Position numbers and translations under genes: made by a program
Notes under the pieces: model-generated
Told to the model about the DNA's origin: nothing
Database searches by the model: none
What the model saw: only the letters and a program-made list of their open reading frames with translations
Shown here: positions 16,652 through 35,170 of the stretch, piece after piece
Numbering within the stretch: the first letter of the stretch is position 1
Layout: every line of letters starts with the position of its first letter
DNA from: the human T2T-CHM13v2.0 reference genome, Homo sapiens
DNA: 64,000 nt
Reading direction: 5' to 3' (one strand)
Assembly: GCF_009914755.1 (NCBI RefSeq)
Contig: NC_060936.1

Positions 16652-17534
16652 GTGTCTGCGTTTATTTATTAATTCTTACAACAATGCTGTGAGGCAGAAT
16701 CGTCTCATTTTATAGTGGAGGACACTGATGCCAGGGGGGTTAAGTCACCTCCCCAGAATCACACAGCTTGCCAGGGGTAGAGCCGGGACTTGCACACATG
16801 TCCGTGTGACTCCACACTCTGGACACTTCCCCACTTCCCCACTGTGGTCTACATGAGGTGTGCTTGATGTCGCAGCAAAAAGGCTAATCACCCGATTAGC
16901 AGTAATCCAGTTAGTGGATTATTAGAATGATTTCTGATGATTAGCCTTTTGTAGGAGGCAAAGTTGGTCTCATACAAAAGTAGGTTTTCTTACCATTGAA
17001 AGGGCCTATTTTTGGAAAGTCTGACCTTGAGTTAGAGAGCAGAGGGTTATTTTTATCTGACTGGCATGGGTCCCTGTGGTCTCCTGAGTTTTTATGGAAG
17101 CAATTAGTGTTGGCAGTTCACTTGTACAATATCCCATTCTTTTGACTCTGATCGTTCGTGGATCTAAAGTTACGGGTAAGGCTGCTCTGTCTGGGAGGAT
17201 TGTGGTTTCAGAACACGGGATGCCTCCCCCACCCCCAGGAGAGACATGTTCCCCAAAGATTGCAGACAAATTGCCAAGCACCTGCCCTGTCATCATCAAG
17301 AGAATATCACCATAATTAAGGCAGATGCCCTCTACCTCTGAGTTCCACGCTTGAAATGGAATTTTCTGGTTTGGGCTTCATTTTAAAGGACCTTTTCTTA
17401 ACAAGTGTGTAGAGACCCTAACTGTATCTGTGCTGTGATACCCTTCAGAGGGCCGCAGTGCTGTGCGGACCACCTTCTGAGCCATGCTCATGCTTGAGCG
17501 CTTTCTAATAGAGACATTTCTGTTGTTGTTCCAG

Positions 17535-17625
17535 TGTCCTGGAGGCAGCGGTTTCTCTTGGGGGTGAAGACTTGACCCCATTCTATGGTCTGCTGTCTGG
17601 TGGCCGGGAAGGAAAATTCTACAGG
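17535..17625 (+). CDS. CFAP251: CFAP251 coding exon (~18): (S)[30 protein letters not shown]
   Basis: ttccag| acceptor and AGG|gtaatt donor; 91 bp, phase 2 to 0. Confidence 0.92.
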
Positions 17626-17832
17626 GTAATTGTCCCTAGAGTAAACACCTCCTGGTAACATCTAGTTAAGTTTGTAAAGCAAATGTGCCCAGGGTTAACC
17701 TTGCTTTATTCCAAAGCTTTGTTCCCCCATTCAGCTTAAAAGGTACTTTCTAGAAAATGTCCTTGAAGTGTTCATGGATGCTTCAGACTTAAGCCTAAAT
17801 GTGTGTTGTGTTTCCGTTGTATTCCTACATAG

Positions 17833-17976
17833 GAGCTAGAAGACTACTTCTACTATTCTCAGCTCCGCAGTCAAGGCATCGACACAATGGAGACCAGAAA
17901 GGTGTCAGAACACATTTGCCTGTCAGAGCTTCCTTTTGTCATGAGAGCAATTGGCTTTTACCCATCTGAAGAGAAG
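17833..17976 (+). CDS. CFAP251: CFAP251 coding exon (~19): [15 protein letters not shown]...[12 protein letters not shown]
   Basis: catag| acceptor and AAG|gtaggg donor; 144 bp, phase 0 to 0; start of the calmodulin-like region. Confidence 0.95.
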
Positions 17977-18263
17977 GTAGGGAGAACGAAAACAAGAGCA
18001 GCAACGGGATGTGCTATTTATAAAAAACAACCTCTGGGAACAATCATTATAGGTCAAAGCAAAAATTGCACATTTTTCTTGCATAAATGGATCAGAAAGA
18101 TGGTTCTGGGCATTTCAGATGCACTCCTGAGTAACTGCCTTATGGTAGAGATATGCTGTTTCTGAAAGGCGCACTCCTCATGGAAGTTTGATGTTGGTTG
18201 GAGCATGGGTCTTGCAACCATGGTGTTGAATTGGACGGACTGGGGCTGCCGTCTCAGCCCTGA

Positions 18264-18606
<343 letters not shown>

Positions 18607-18914
18607 TAGGATTTGAGGAGGGGATTGATGCCTACGCAGCCCTGGGCACGGTGCTGGGTGCACAGGAAGAGCTCAGTGAATGGAGGGAGTTATTATCCTT
18701 GTTAGTCTCGCTGTCTAGTTGCTCTTAACCTAGCAGGTGTTAATGGGGCACCTTTGGAAGCTGGGTGCTTGTCTGGACTGTGGAGCACGGAGGGTGCAGC
18801 CGTCCCTCATGACCGTGCTGCAGAAGCACCCCTAGATGCAAGAAGCCCCAAGCAGAGTCAAGAAGCATCTCAGGGAAATGTTCCTCATGTAAACTGTTGT
18901 TTAAAGTGCAGGTA

Positions 18915-19222
18915 AGCCGGTTGTGGCAGCTCACGCCTATAATCCAAACACTTTGGGATGCCAAGTTGGGGAGGATCACTTGAGCCCAGGAGTTTGAGAG
19001 CAGCCAGGGTAACATAGAGAGATCCTATCTATACCCATCCCCCCCAAAAAATTGCCCGGTGTGGTGGCCCATGCTTGTGGTCCCAGCTGCTCAGGAGGCC
19101 ATGGCAGGAGGATCACTTGAGCCCCAGAGGTGGAGGCTTCAGTGCCCGTGATTGTGCCACTGCACTCCAGCCTGGGAGACAGAGCGAGACCCTGTCTCAA
19201 AAAAATTAATAAATAAATAAAG
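18915..19222 (+). mobile_element. Alu (J-like)
   Basis: Dimeric Alu. Confidence 0.9.
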
Positions 19223-19295
19223 TACAATTTATTGTATTTCTTCTGACTTTTATTAATATTTTCCTGTTTTATACATATTTATATAATCATATATA

Positions 19296-19637
19296 TAATC
19301 ATGCATCATTTAATGTTGGGGAGATGTTCTGAGAACTGTGTCATTAAGCAACATCGTTATTGTGTGAACATCATAGAGTGTCCTTATACAAACACAGATG
19401 GCAGAGCCTACTACACGCCTGGGCCGTATGGTAGAGCCTGTTGCTCCTAGGCTATAAACCTGAACAGCATGCGGCTGTACTGCATATTGTAGTCAGTGGT
19501 AACACAGTGGTATTTGTGTATCTAAGCATATCTAAATGAAGAAAAGGTACAGTAAAAATATAGTATTATGACCGTATGGAACCACCATCATATATGCAAT
19601 CTGTCATTGCAATATTATTAAGTGCAGTGTGACTGTA
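19296..19637 (+). mobile_element. Tigger3a/MER7-type DNA transposon (MITE)
   Basis: Resembles CAGTCATGCG...TTCTGAGAAATG...CTCCTAGGCTACAAACCTG...GACTG|TA. Confidence 0.85.
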
Positions 19638-19666
19638 TAGATGTATATAGTTTTAAAAAACTAATT

Positions 19667-20731
<1,065 letters not shown>

Positions 20732-21582
20732 TTAAAGGATATATTTTAATTTTTTAACTTTTTCTAATTTAGAAAATAGAATTATAAAGAAGAAAATAGA
20801 AATTACTCAGAGATCATCACTGTTATTATTTTGGTAGATATCCTATCATTTTATATATGGACATAGATATATCTATATTTTTAAACAAGGAATTGAGATT
20901 ATATGGTATATATATGTATATACCTATATATATCAACATTATACAGAGGATGCGTGTGCATATACATATGTATCGACATTCTCAGTAACTTGTTTTGTGA
21001 GCAAGGTGGTAAAAATTCCTTGGCAACATGCTTTTAAAGGCTGCAAACTTAATTGGACCACTCTCCAGTTGATAGCCGTGTGAGTTGTCTAAAGTAGCTG
21101 GTGTCAGAGACACAGCTGTGTGGAGCATCTCTGTGCATGGTTTTTGCACACTTCTCTCATTATTTTCCTGGGTCATAGTGCAAGAAGTAGAATTACTGGG
21201 TCAGAGAATATGAAATTGCAGACCCTATTGCTAACCTACTTTCCATAAATGTAGCATTTTACGTGCCCATCTTCAGGAATCCACAAGTCCTGAAACCCAG
21301 CTAAGACTCAGTGTTCATGTTGGCTGAGAACACTTGAGCAATATAAACTGTGGTCCCAGTCCCTGCTCTCGGCTTCAGTGGCCTACCCAGAATCACCTGT
21401 TTTGTGTGCTCCAGGTACACAAAACTCATTTCTCGAGAAATTAGTTATCAGAGCCCTTTAATCCCTTCTGAGTCTTGAACGAGGACCTTAAAATCACCAG
21501 GTACTGTTGTAAGCTCCTCTAAAGGTCTTTGGCTGATGTGCATTTTGTCATAGCACATTGCTAGAAACATAAGCAACTCTGA

Positions 21583-22262
<680 letters not shown>

Positions 22263-22704
22263 TAACCTAAGCCAGGCCCTCATCCATGTCGCTGGGAAGG
22301 GTCTCTCTCTTTAGGCCTCGCTTTCTGCTGTGTTGTCTCCCTCCGTGTCCGGCCCCCAGTCCACATCCAGTGGGATTCAATGCCACAGGCAGGAGCCTGT
22401 CCCCTTCCCAGAGCTGCAGACATTGTCACTGTCATCACTGCCATCAGGCATGTGCCACTCAGGTTGGCCAGGCGTGGGCACTCTCCTTCTTGGAGTGTGG
22501 GGTGGGCTCAGTCCCCTTTAACCATGGGGACTATGACCAGATGACAGCTAAGACGTGGGCAGGTGTCTCAGCCTCTTCATGCTTCAGCTTCCTCATCTAC
22601 AAAATGAGTGCAGCAGTCGCACCCAGGACCACTCTGAGCAGGTGGCGTGGCTTCCACGGAATTCTGAGCAAGGCAAAAAGTGGGCCCCTCTTCATTCTCA
22701 CTTC

Positions 22705-22948
22705 CTTCTTTTTTTTTTTTTTTTTGGAGACAGGGTCTCACTGTGTCACCTGGTCCTCCAGCCTCAGCCCTCCAAGTAGCTGGGACTACAGGAGCGTGCC
22801 ACCATGCTCTGCTAATTTTTCAATTTTGGTAGAGATGGGGTTTCTCCATGTTGGCCAGACGGGTCTCAAACTCCTGAGCTCGAGCCATCCACCCTCCTTA
22901 GCCTCCCACAGTGCTGGGATTCTAGGCATGAGCCACCGCTCCCTGACC
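22705..22948 (-). mobile_element. Alu (J-like, internally deleted)
   Basis: Reverse-complement Alu lacking part of the right arm. Confidence 0.85.
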
Positions 22949-23485
22949 TCATTTCCTTCTCATTTTACATTAGAAATGTTGCCTCAGATGTCTCACTGTT
23001 CCCACGGCCGCTGCACTTCATCTGCATGGTTCTGTCTGTGGTTCTGCTTCTTCTGTTTTTAGTCCAACGTTTAACCAAATACCCACCTCCTCTGGGTGAT
23101 TGGTTGGCCTAACACTTGGTACTTCAAGATGGAGAAAGGGAAGAAGCACATCTTGGTGCAAACTAGCTGGCCTGGCTGCAGTTCCCAGCCTCCTTGGCGA
23201 GCCATCCCAGCGGTGGTCTGAACGCCGGAGTCTGCTCTGTAGATGAGGCTGGAGCAGGCTGCGCTCTCGTAGGGGTGTCGTGAGGACTAGAGAGCGAGGG
23301 TCTGTGCGGTGCCCAGCGCACAGAGGTGCTTACTCAGTGGGGGGCTCTTCCCTCAGTATTTCCTGTTGAGTCAGCATGTTCCTCTTAAGAGGCGATGGGA
23401 TCGCCCCTCATTTTCTTATTTTTAATTTTATTTTGTAAAATTCCAAGCAAACACAAAAACAGAGAAAAGAATAAAATGAACTCTT

Positions 23486-23737
23486 GGCCAGTCACGGTGG
23501 CTCACACCTGTAGTCCTAGCACTTTGGGAGGCTGAGGCAGGAGGATCGCTTTAGTAAGCCCAGGAGTTCAAGACCAACCTAGGCAATATAGGGAGACCCT
23601 GTCTCTACAAAAAATAAAAAAAAAATAGCTGTAGTGGCATGTGCCTATGGTCCCAGCTTCTCGGGAGGCTGAGGTGGGAGAATTGCTTGGGCCTGTGAGG
23701 TCAAGGATGCAGTGAGCCGTGATCACGCCACTGCACA
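23486..23737 (+). mobile_element. Alu (J-like, 3' truncated)
   Basis: Alu sequence ends at CCACTGCAC. Confidence 0.87.
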
Positions 23738-24059
23738 CACACACCCCACACTCCTGCATATCCATCAGTCAACTTCAGCTTCAGCAATTCTCAGCTCCCG
23801 TTTGGTCCAGACCCACTGACCTGCTCCCGCCCCATGGGTTATTCTGAAGCAAGTTCCAGGCACCCTTGCCTCACAAGGAGGCCTTTCAAACCCAGGTGCC
23901 CCTTCCTCAGCCAGGGAGAGGTTCTCCTTCACAAGGCCTGCAGGCACCTGAGGTTCACACTTCTATGAAAGTCACCAAAATGCCATCGTGGGCCGTGCCT
24001 CTCGCAGTTCCTGTGGGTGAGGAGTATTCCGGCAGCTCTCTGATGCCTGCAGGTCAGTG

Positions 24060-24300
24060 CTAACCATGGAGGCCACATTGTGGAGGCTCCAGGGTCAGGC
24101 AGCTCTGGGTTTGAATCCTGACTGTGACCACGTGCCAGTTACGACTTGGTCAAGTTTCAGAACCTCTCCATGCCTCAGTTTCCTCATCTACAAAATAAAC
24201 ATAATAGTAGTACCTACCTCCAGAATTATTGTGAAGATTAACTGAGTATCCGTTTCGTACAGTACACGGCACACGTTAAATGTTTAAAAATGTCATCTGA
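24060..24300. mobile_element. MIR SINE
   Basis: GGGTTTGAATCCTG...CCTCAGTTTCCTCATCTACAAAAT...GTGAAGATTAA. Confidence 0.8.
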
Positions 24301-24509
24301 TATTTTTGTCTTTGTCATGATATCCCCATCTGTGGATCCGTGATTCCAGAAGCCCTTTATGAGAATGTTTCTCTGACCTTGTGCTTCTTTGTGTATAATA
24401 CCCTTTCCAAAATCTAAAAGTTTATATTTTCTTGATTTTCTGGTAAAGATACTTTACATAAATGTCCAAACGCCATCAAATTGATGGCAGTCTTCTCACT
24501 TGTTCAGGA

Positions 24510-24977
24510 TTTTTTTTTTTTTAAGAGGCAGTGTCTCACTCTGTCGCCCAGGCTGGAGTGCAGTGGTGTGATCACAGCTCACTGCAGCCTCGACTTCCTG
24601 GGCTCAAGTGATCCCTCTGCCCCAGCCTCTCTAGTAGCTGATATTATAGGCGCACATCACCACATCATTCAGGATTCTTGATTTTTTTTTTTTTTTGAGA
24701 CGGAGTTTCACTCTTGTTGCCCAGGCTGGAGTGCAATGGCGCCATCTCAGTTCACCGCACCTCCACCTCTCGGGTTCAAGCAATTCTCCTGCCTCAGCCT
24801 CCTGAGTAGCTAGGATGATAGGCATGCGCCATCTTGCCTGGCTAATTTTGTATTTTTAGTAGAGACGGGGTTTCTCCATGTTGGTCAGGCTGGTCTCAAA
24901 CTCCCGACTTCATGTGATCCACTCACCTCGGCCTCCCAAAGTGCTGGGATTACAGGTGTGAGCCACTGTGCCCAGCC
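24510..24977 (-). mobile_element. Antisense Alu arm (24510-24665) plus a full Alu (24683-24977)
   Basis: TSD AGGATTCTTGA around the full Alu. Confidence 0.9.
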
Positions 24978-25129
24978 AGGATTCTTGAGTTTAATCCCTG
25001 GGCTGTCCTGCTTTGTTGGTGAGGTGTTTAGCCCTGGCAACCAGTGCCCACGTGTCGCACAAAATACTTGAGAAAGAGGGTGGGCACAGAGCAACCCGCT
25101 TGTCTCTGCTTCCTATAGAAATAAGGAAG

Positions 25130-25712
25130 TCCTGCATATGCCTGGAGTCCCGGCTGCTTGAGAGGCTGAGGCAGGAGGATCACTTGAGGCCAAGAGTTCC
25201 AGACCAACCTAGGCAACATAGCGAGACCCCGATCTCTAAAAAATTTTAAAAATTGGGCTAGGCACAGTGGCTCACAATCCCAGCATTTTGGGAGGCCAAG
25301 GCAGAGGGATTGCTTGAGCCTAGGAGTTCAAGACCAGTCTGGGCAACATAAGGAGACCCGTCTCTGCTAATAAACAATTAGCTGGGTGTGGTGGCGTGCA
25401 CTTGTAGTCCCAGATACTTGGAGGGCTGAGGTGGGAAGGATCGAAGGATCGCTTGCGCACAGGAGATCAAGACTGTAGTGAGCTGTGATTGTGCCATTGC
25501 ACTCCAGACTGGACAGCAGAGTGAGGCCCTGTCTCAAAAAAAAATTAGTTGGGGATAGTGGTGTGCAACCGGAGTCCCAGCTACCCTGGAGGCTGAGGCA
25601 GGAGGATTGCTTGATCCCAGGTGCTGTAGGCTGCAGCATGCTATGATCATGCCTGTGAATAGCTACTGTCCTCCAGCCTGGGCACCATAGCTCTCCAAAA
25701 AAAAAAAAAAAA
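25130..25712 (+). mobile_element. Cluster of nested sense AluJ pieces
   Basis: Left arm, a full Alu, then a right arm. Confidence 0.87.
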
Positions 25713-26586
25713 GGTAAGGAAGTGTCTAATTATTAAAGATGTACTCATTTGTTCTATCATTGGCAAAAAATAATAAAGCTTAAACAACTTATCAAAATCT
25801 TGCTGATGAAGAAAAGGTATCCGGAAAAAAATGTTAGTTGGTAACAAATGTTACAAAGTAACAAACATTGACAATTACTTAAAAACATAAAGACAGAAAT
25901 AAAAACGGAGGTTGTAAGGTTTGCACTGGATGTTGTATGTTCTCCCGGCTGACCCCACCACTTCCCAAAAGGAGAGTTTCGGTGCCGCACTCAGTGAGGG
26001 CCCCGCTCACCCTTGGATTACAGGGCTTTTTATCTACTTTAAAAAAAAAAAAACGTTTCCTCTTTGGAGATGTTTTCTGAAGGCTCCAGGTGTGCCCCAC
26101 ATCAGTGAGCAGACTTGATTAGCTGATGAGTTAGTTTATATCTGAAGCTACACCGGGAGAAGTTTCTGACCTTTTGTTTTCAAGTCAGATTTATAGTGAT
26201 TAAAAAAAATCTTTTCAGGGCTTTGAAACTAACCCAGGCTTTACCGTGGTTAATGAAACATTTCCTACTGAGATGTAGCCGCTCCCCCTCCTTCAGGAAG
26301 TTGCATGGAGTATACGCCTCACTACTGGAGTGTGTTCACACTTGGTTACAGAAAAGACGCAGATGCAGGGTTTAAACCAGCGGCCCAAAGACTATACATT
26401 ATTGATATCTTTCTTACGTCATTACAACTGTCTTGGGGATTTGAAGCTAGTTAGTGTGGTACACTGAAGCCAAATTACACAAGAATATAACCCTCCCCAA
26501 AGAATTCCTAGCCATTCCCTTCTTTCGCAGAAAGCTGTGCTCAGGAGCAAAACACAGCCAAAGTGGTCATGGTGGGCTGCTCCTAG

Positions 26587-26906
<320 letters not shown>

Positions 26907-27472
26907 TAGAAATCATTTTTAAATGAAAGATCTGCAGCATGTATAATGTTATCAAAGGAACCATAGCTTAGGTGTCATCGTTTCTACAGATGATTTCACA
27001 TACAAGGCAGTTCCATCCTCTATCTTTATAAATGTGTCTTTTCCTCCAGGATGTTGGACTGTCCACGTTGGGATGGGGCCCAGCATATCATTCGTTTCCT
27101 GCTTACTTGCAACTTCACTTCTTTTTAGCTTGCAGAGTGTTGTATAATCTTGACAGGTTTGGGCAGGGAATTAACATTGGTGCAACCACCTAGTTCTGTA
27201 AACTTAAGTCTAATCCTGTAGAGACGTATGTGCCCAGCAAGTGCCCACATGGTGGACGCTTGGCAAATGTTGATGGAATGAGTGAATGAATCAATGATGC
27301 TCATTGGTCATATTCGACAGCAGAGACAGTGAGGAAGACACAATCCCTGACATTATTATTTGATCTCAGTGTAATTCTTAGTAACCCTAATGTGTTTGAT
27401 ATATTCAGGAGCTTGGGCATAGCTTAGGAGCATTTAGAAAGGAATTAAATAGTCACTTAACTTTTTATTTTA

Positions 27473-27919
<447 letters not shown>

Positions 27920-28169
27920 TTAAATATATAATATATATAAATATTGAGATGGAGTCTCACTACGTTGCCCAGGCTGGTCTCAAACTCCTGGGCTTAGGCA
28001 AGCCTCTTGCTTTAGCCTTCCTAGTTGCTGGGACTACAGGCCCTCCAAACCTGTACTTGACCTGAAGGGACAATTGTTGTCACATAGTCTATTGTGTTGA
28101 AAATCAAAACAACACTGATATCCATTGATAGGAGATGAGATTAATAAAATAAGGCACACCTACAAGTGA

Positions 28170-29088
<919 letters not shown>

Positions 29089-29702
29089 GCCCATCTAGGG
29101 GTTCTATAAATAAAAGGCCGTTTCATTCAGTGGCATCTGCCCTCCTTAGGAGACAGTTGTGGCTATAAATTTGGGGAGACCTCGGACATACATTTCTGTA
29201 CTATTTAAGTTCTCCTAACTATAAACATGCAGCTTGTGTTGCTTTTGTATTCAGAACAAAAACGAGAAAGATAAACAAGCAAATCCCCCCAAAGCCCTGT
29301 GTGCTAATCTTCATGGCTAAAGCAGGGTCCCAGCTGGGATGGAGGTCTGTAGCCAAGTGGTTCAGCCTCACCCATAACGAGGGGGGTAATTTGAGCCAAG
29401 AAGCACAGGGACAATTTCTGTTCTGATAAAGACCCCGAGGGAATTTGGAAATTTGCACTTTGAAGAGAAGCCCTCAGTATGTTGGGTCTTGCCCTGAAAC
29501 GTAAATATCAGCAGGCATTTCCATCCTGAAGGTAATAGAAGTGGCCCAGTGTTCTAGGGGAGGCCTTCCTGGCCAACAGAGAGTCCGTGGCCAGGCCCCT
29601 GCCCAGCGAGAGGTGGGCTTCCTGCAGAAAGATCAGAGCAAGACAAAACTATTTCTGCTTTTCACATGTAAAGCATTTAAAGAAATAAATCTTGGATTAC
29701 TA

Positions 29703-30081
<379 letters not shown>

Positions 30082-30524
30082 CTAGAGAGAGAAGAAAGAT
30101 TGTATAGTCACTTAGCTACCGAGGGCACAGCCAGGGTTTGAACCAAGCTGGCTGACCCCCAACTCCAGGTTCTGTTCCTACGTATGTATGAGTTGGTACA
30201 AAGAAGGAAGAAAACCCTAAAAATTCTGGCATCCAACACTGGTTATTGCTGCAGGACGGGGAATTTCAGGGCATTTTATTATTATTTTTCTTTATATCTC
30301 CATTGTTAGAATTTTTCATAACAAGCATGTTTCACTCTTGACTGGTTTTATGATATAAAAGGGTAGATCACAATGATGGTGGAAGATATATTTTAAAAAT
30401 ATTTTAAATATTTTTAAATATTTTTAAAAATATTTCAAAAATATTAAATTAATGTTCTTAGAATCGAAATGTTGTTACTTGCCATTGCCATGGCTTCTCC
30501 ATATTATTTATTTTCTTTTCTTAA

Positions 30525-31015
30525 AAAAAACTTTATTGAGATATACCACATACCACGTAATTCACCTGTTTAGAGGATGCAGTTCATTGGTTTTTAGAAT
30601 GTCCACCGAGTAGTGCAGACATCACCACCACGTAATCCTAGAACATGTTTATCATCCCAAAAAGAAACCCCAGACCCATGAGCACTCACTTCCCATTTCT
30701 CCTTCAACCACCGATGTGCTTTCTGTCTCTATGGATTGGCCTATCTTGGCATTTCATATAAATGGAGTCATGAAATATGTGGTCTTTTGGGTCCAGCTTC
30801 TTTCACTCACTCAGCATCATGTTTTCCAGGTTCATCCAGGTTGTAGCTTGTCTCAGTCCTTCATTCTTTTCTTTATGATTGAGTAACATTCTATTCGTTC
30901 ATGTAGATATGCCACATTTTATGTATCCATTCACGAACAGATGGACATTTACGTTTTCCCATTTTCTTGGCTATTATGGATAAGGCTGCTGTGAACATTC
31001 GTGTGCAAGTTTTTT
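30525..31015 (-). mobile_element. L1MB-like 3' end fragment
   Basis: TTTATTGAGATATA...CATTTCATATAAATGGA...GCTGCTGTGAACATTCGTGTGCAAG. Confidence 0.85.
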
Positions 31016-31029
31016 GTTGTTGTTGGATT

Positions 31030-31358
<329 letters not shown>

Positions 31359-33732
31359 TAGGAACCATCTGGGGCTTTAGGGTGCATGAGGCAGGATCAG
31401 GATTTTAGAGAGCTGTGGACACAGAATTAGCAAATCCTTGATTGTGGGTTTGGTACAAGGTGCAAGACTTGTCATTCAGCTAGGACTGTCTCTTTCAGAC
31501 CTTTGAAAACATTCACTGGGAAGGGAAGAGTCCCTGGAGGTGTTTGAGACCTGGGCTCTGATGCAGGGCAGGGTGACAGTCACTCTAAAGGGCCCTGTGA
31601 ATGGGTGTTGTTCACATGGAGTAGAAGACAGTGGGCAAGAGCACCAGGCCAGGCCTTGGCTGCTGTCACCTGAGACTGCGTCCAGAGGGCAGAACTGTGC
31701 ATGCATGCCCCACTCCTGGAAAAAGAGGCAGTCGCCATCCAGATCTAGTTCCTGGAGGGAGGTATGGAGCAGTTGGGGTCACAGTGTTGCATGAATCGCA
31801 GAGGGGGCGCTCACAGGGGTCTCCAGATGTGGCCATGCAGTGACGCTGCCCAGCCCTTACGCCCCCTCCTCAGCCCACTACTCCCTGCCCCGGGTCAGCG
31901 AGGAGATGCAGGGGGTGACCAGGGGAGGGTATGAGTGAAGATGATGAGTGGGAACAAGACACTGTGCCCCATTAGTTGAGAATGTTCTAGAGGGTATTGT
32001 GCGTTGGGAAGAGGGCGTGGGGAAGAGGGTGAGTGCTCCCAGTCCTACTGGTCCATGAAACCATTAGAAAAGCAAACCTGCCCCCACCAGGAGCCTGCTT
32101 ATAAAAACAAGGAATGGCCCCAGTTCAAATATATCGTGTTCCTCTCCATTTAATAGGGAGGTTGTAAAACTTAATTATAGAACATAATTCTAAGGACATC
32201 AATGGCTTCCTGAGGCTGACAGCAGGGATCACAGACCCAAAGGCCTGCGTCATCAATGACAGAGGCAGAAATAAGATGCTCTCGGGTGAGGGGACTCCAG
32301 CCCACCACCAAGAGGCCACCCTCATGTCTTGGGGCCTGGAGCAGTCGGGGCAACAGAGGCCCAGATGCTGTATGTCTAAATGTTTAAAAGTTACCAATCA
32401 AGCAACAAGCTGATAAATAAATATTCCCCCTTGACAGTTCAACCTTCAACATGAGCTGATTCAAAGTTCACACCCGAATGGGCAGCATGCAGGGCCAAGC
32501 CAAGCTGGGCCTGCCCCATGTGTCCTCCCAGCTCTGACCCCATCCCTGGCCACTGTGTGCATGGCATTCAGGAGGTGGACCCTTCTCTATACTCTCCAAA
32601 CAGCAGCCCCGGGGCACCCTTCAGGCCTATGGGTGGGCAACACCAGGGGCACAGGTTGGCCTCAGGAGGGTGAGATCCCCATGGGCCCCGGAAGTGGGCT
32701 TAGGTTATGTAGGGGAGAGAAGCCTCGGGTTCAGGTACCCAGAGTGTGGTCTAGAATTGGGTGCATGGGCTCGGGGTGGGCACCTCCTCTGCACCCTCCT
32801 CCTCATGCTTGTTTCCCAGCATACAGTGTCTTCCTCTGACCTCCTACTGGCCAAACCCTTCATGGCTCTGCAGTAGGCCCACCTCTTCCAGGAAGCCTTC
32901 CCGAAGCCCACCTGGCTGAGAGCTCCTCCAACCTTTGATGATGTTCTCCTGCATCTTGGCACTGAATCTTCTAGAGCCACGGTAGCCAACCTTTTAAAAT
33001 CAGTTGAGGGCACTTAAAAAAATACATCAGTATTTTTACACCTGATTTTTACACCTGGGCCCCAGCCTTGTGCAACAGAACCTAGGGGTGGAGTCTAAGC
33101 ATGGACAGTTTTTAAAGCCCCAGGCAGCCAGGGCTGAGGACCTTGGCGATGGAGCCTGTTAGTTCGCTTTCCTTGTGTATATCGTCTCTTGAGCATCTCT
33201 TCACATGGCCCAGACCTTAATAGACACTGAATAAATATTTGCTGACCCCAGTGACTAAGATTGAAAACCAGAATGCAGAACTGTTCTAGTAATAATTGAG
33301 AGACTTGTATTTCATTGGCTTTGCACTAAACCAAATGCTCAGTAACTACTAGTAAATCGAGTAAAATTAACTAGGGCACTAAATGATTATTCTAAGCTTC
33401 TTGTGAGTTTCAAGAGAATTCTTTTTGTGGCCTCACTTGTGTCCACATTATTTACTTCATCATTCATTCATTCATCCATTCATCCATCTATCTATCCATT
33501 CAGTAAACATTTCTCTGAGCCTCTATAATGTGCCAGGCTCTGAACTAAGCTGCCGGGGAAATAGAGATGAAAGCTCTGGCTACAGCTTAATGGGGAAAAC
33601 AGATGTGAGCCCAAAGAATTAGAGCGTGCACCGCAGCTGCCACCCATTATTACTCTCTACTGAAAGTCACAAGCTTGGGGCTGATTCATTTTGGCACCAG
33701 TATCACCTCCGTGAACCCCTGTGGTCTAAGAG

Positions 33733-33890
33733 CAGCAGTATTCAAAGTGTGGTCCCCAGACCAACAGGATTGACTTCACGTGACCTAGGGACTTACAAGA
33801 AATGCAAATGGTCAGACCCTATCCCAGACTCAGAAACCCCCCAGGTGGGACCAGCAGTCTGTTTGAACAAGACCTCCCGGTCATTGTGAA
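33733..33890. mobile_element. MER5A-like hAT-Charlie MITE
   Basis: TCAAAGTGTGGTCCCCAGACCA...AGAAATGCAAAT...CTGTTTGAACAAG. Confidence 0.7.
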
Positions 33891-34005
33891 GCCTGACATG
33901 TCAGCGAGCCTTTGCCTTCCAGCCATGTTTCTCAAGCTTGGCTACGCATTCAAATCATTCGAATGAGAAGCTTCCAAAAATTTGGTCCCCAGACCAATTA
34001 AATCA

Positions 34006-34303
<298 letters not shown>

Positions 34304-34825
34304 ATCAGGTTCTCAGGGAATAGGATCTGGGCCTCAGAACTGTTTAAGCTCTCCAGGTGAATGGAATAAAGCCCCGCCTTAGCAGGCGTGAGAATGCCAA
34401 TCAAAGGCCAGGCTGACTGACAACCACCAGTGCGTCTGGGCCGCTCAGCTAGGACTCCTGCTTCTCTCAAGCCATCTTCACACGGGGGCGTTCAGAACAA
34501 GCTCTGCGTTCTATTTCCAGCTCCGAGGTTCCTCTCCCAAGCATGAACTTTGTTCAGACAAGTAGCAGAACCTGCCTTTTCAACGAACACTTGCGAAGTC
34601 GGCTCAGGAAGGAAATGTCAGTGATGCCGAAGCTGCCAACTCCGTGCTTGTTGAGTAGTGATTCTTGATCAGTCATACGGGAAGAGAGAGTAAGAGGTGA
34701 ATCACATGCTGAGTGGTTTGTGCTGTGAATGTTTGCTGAGCTCTTTGGAACTCTCTGGGTATGAGTAACTCAGGCCCTTATGAATTCCTTTTGTCGTCTT
34801 AGTCTCCTGTTCTGAACTGAGTTAA

Positions 34826-35170
<345 letters not shown>

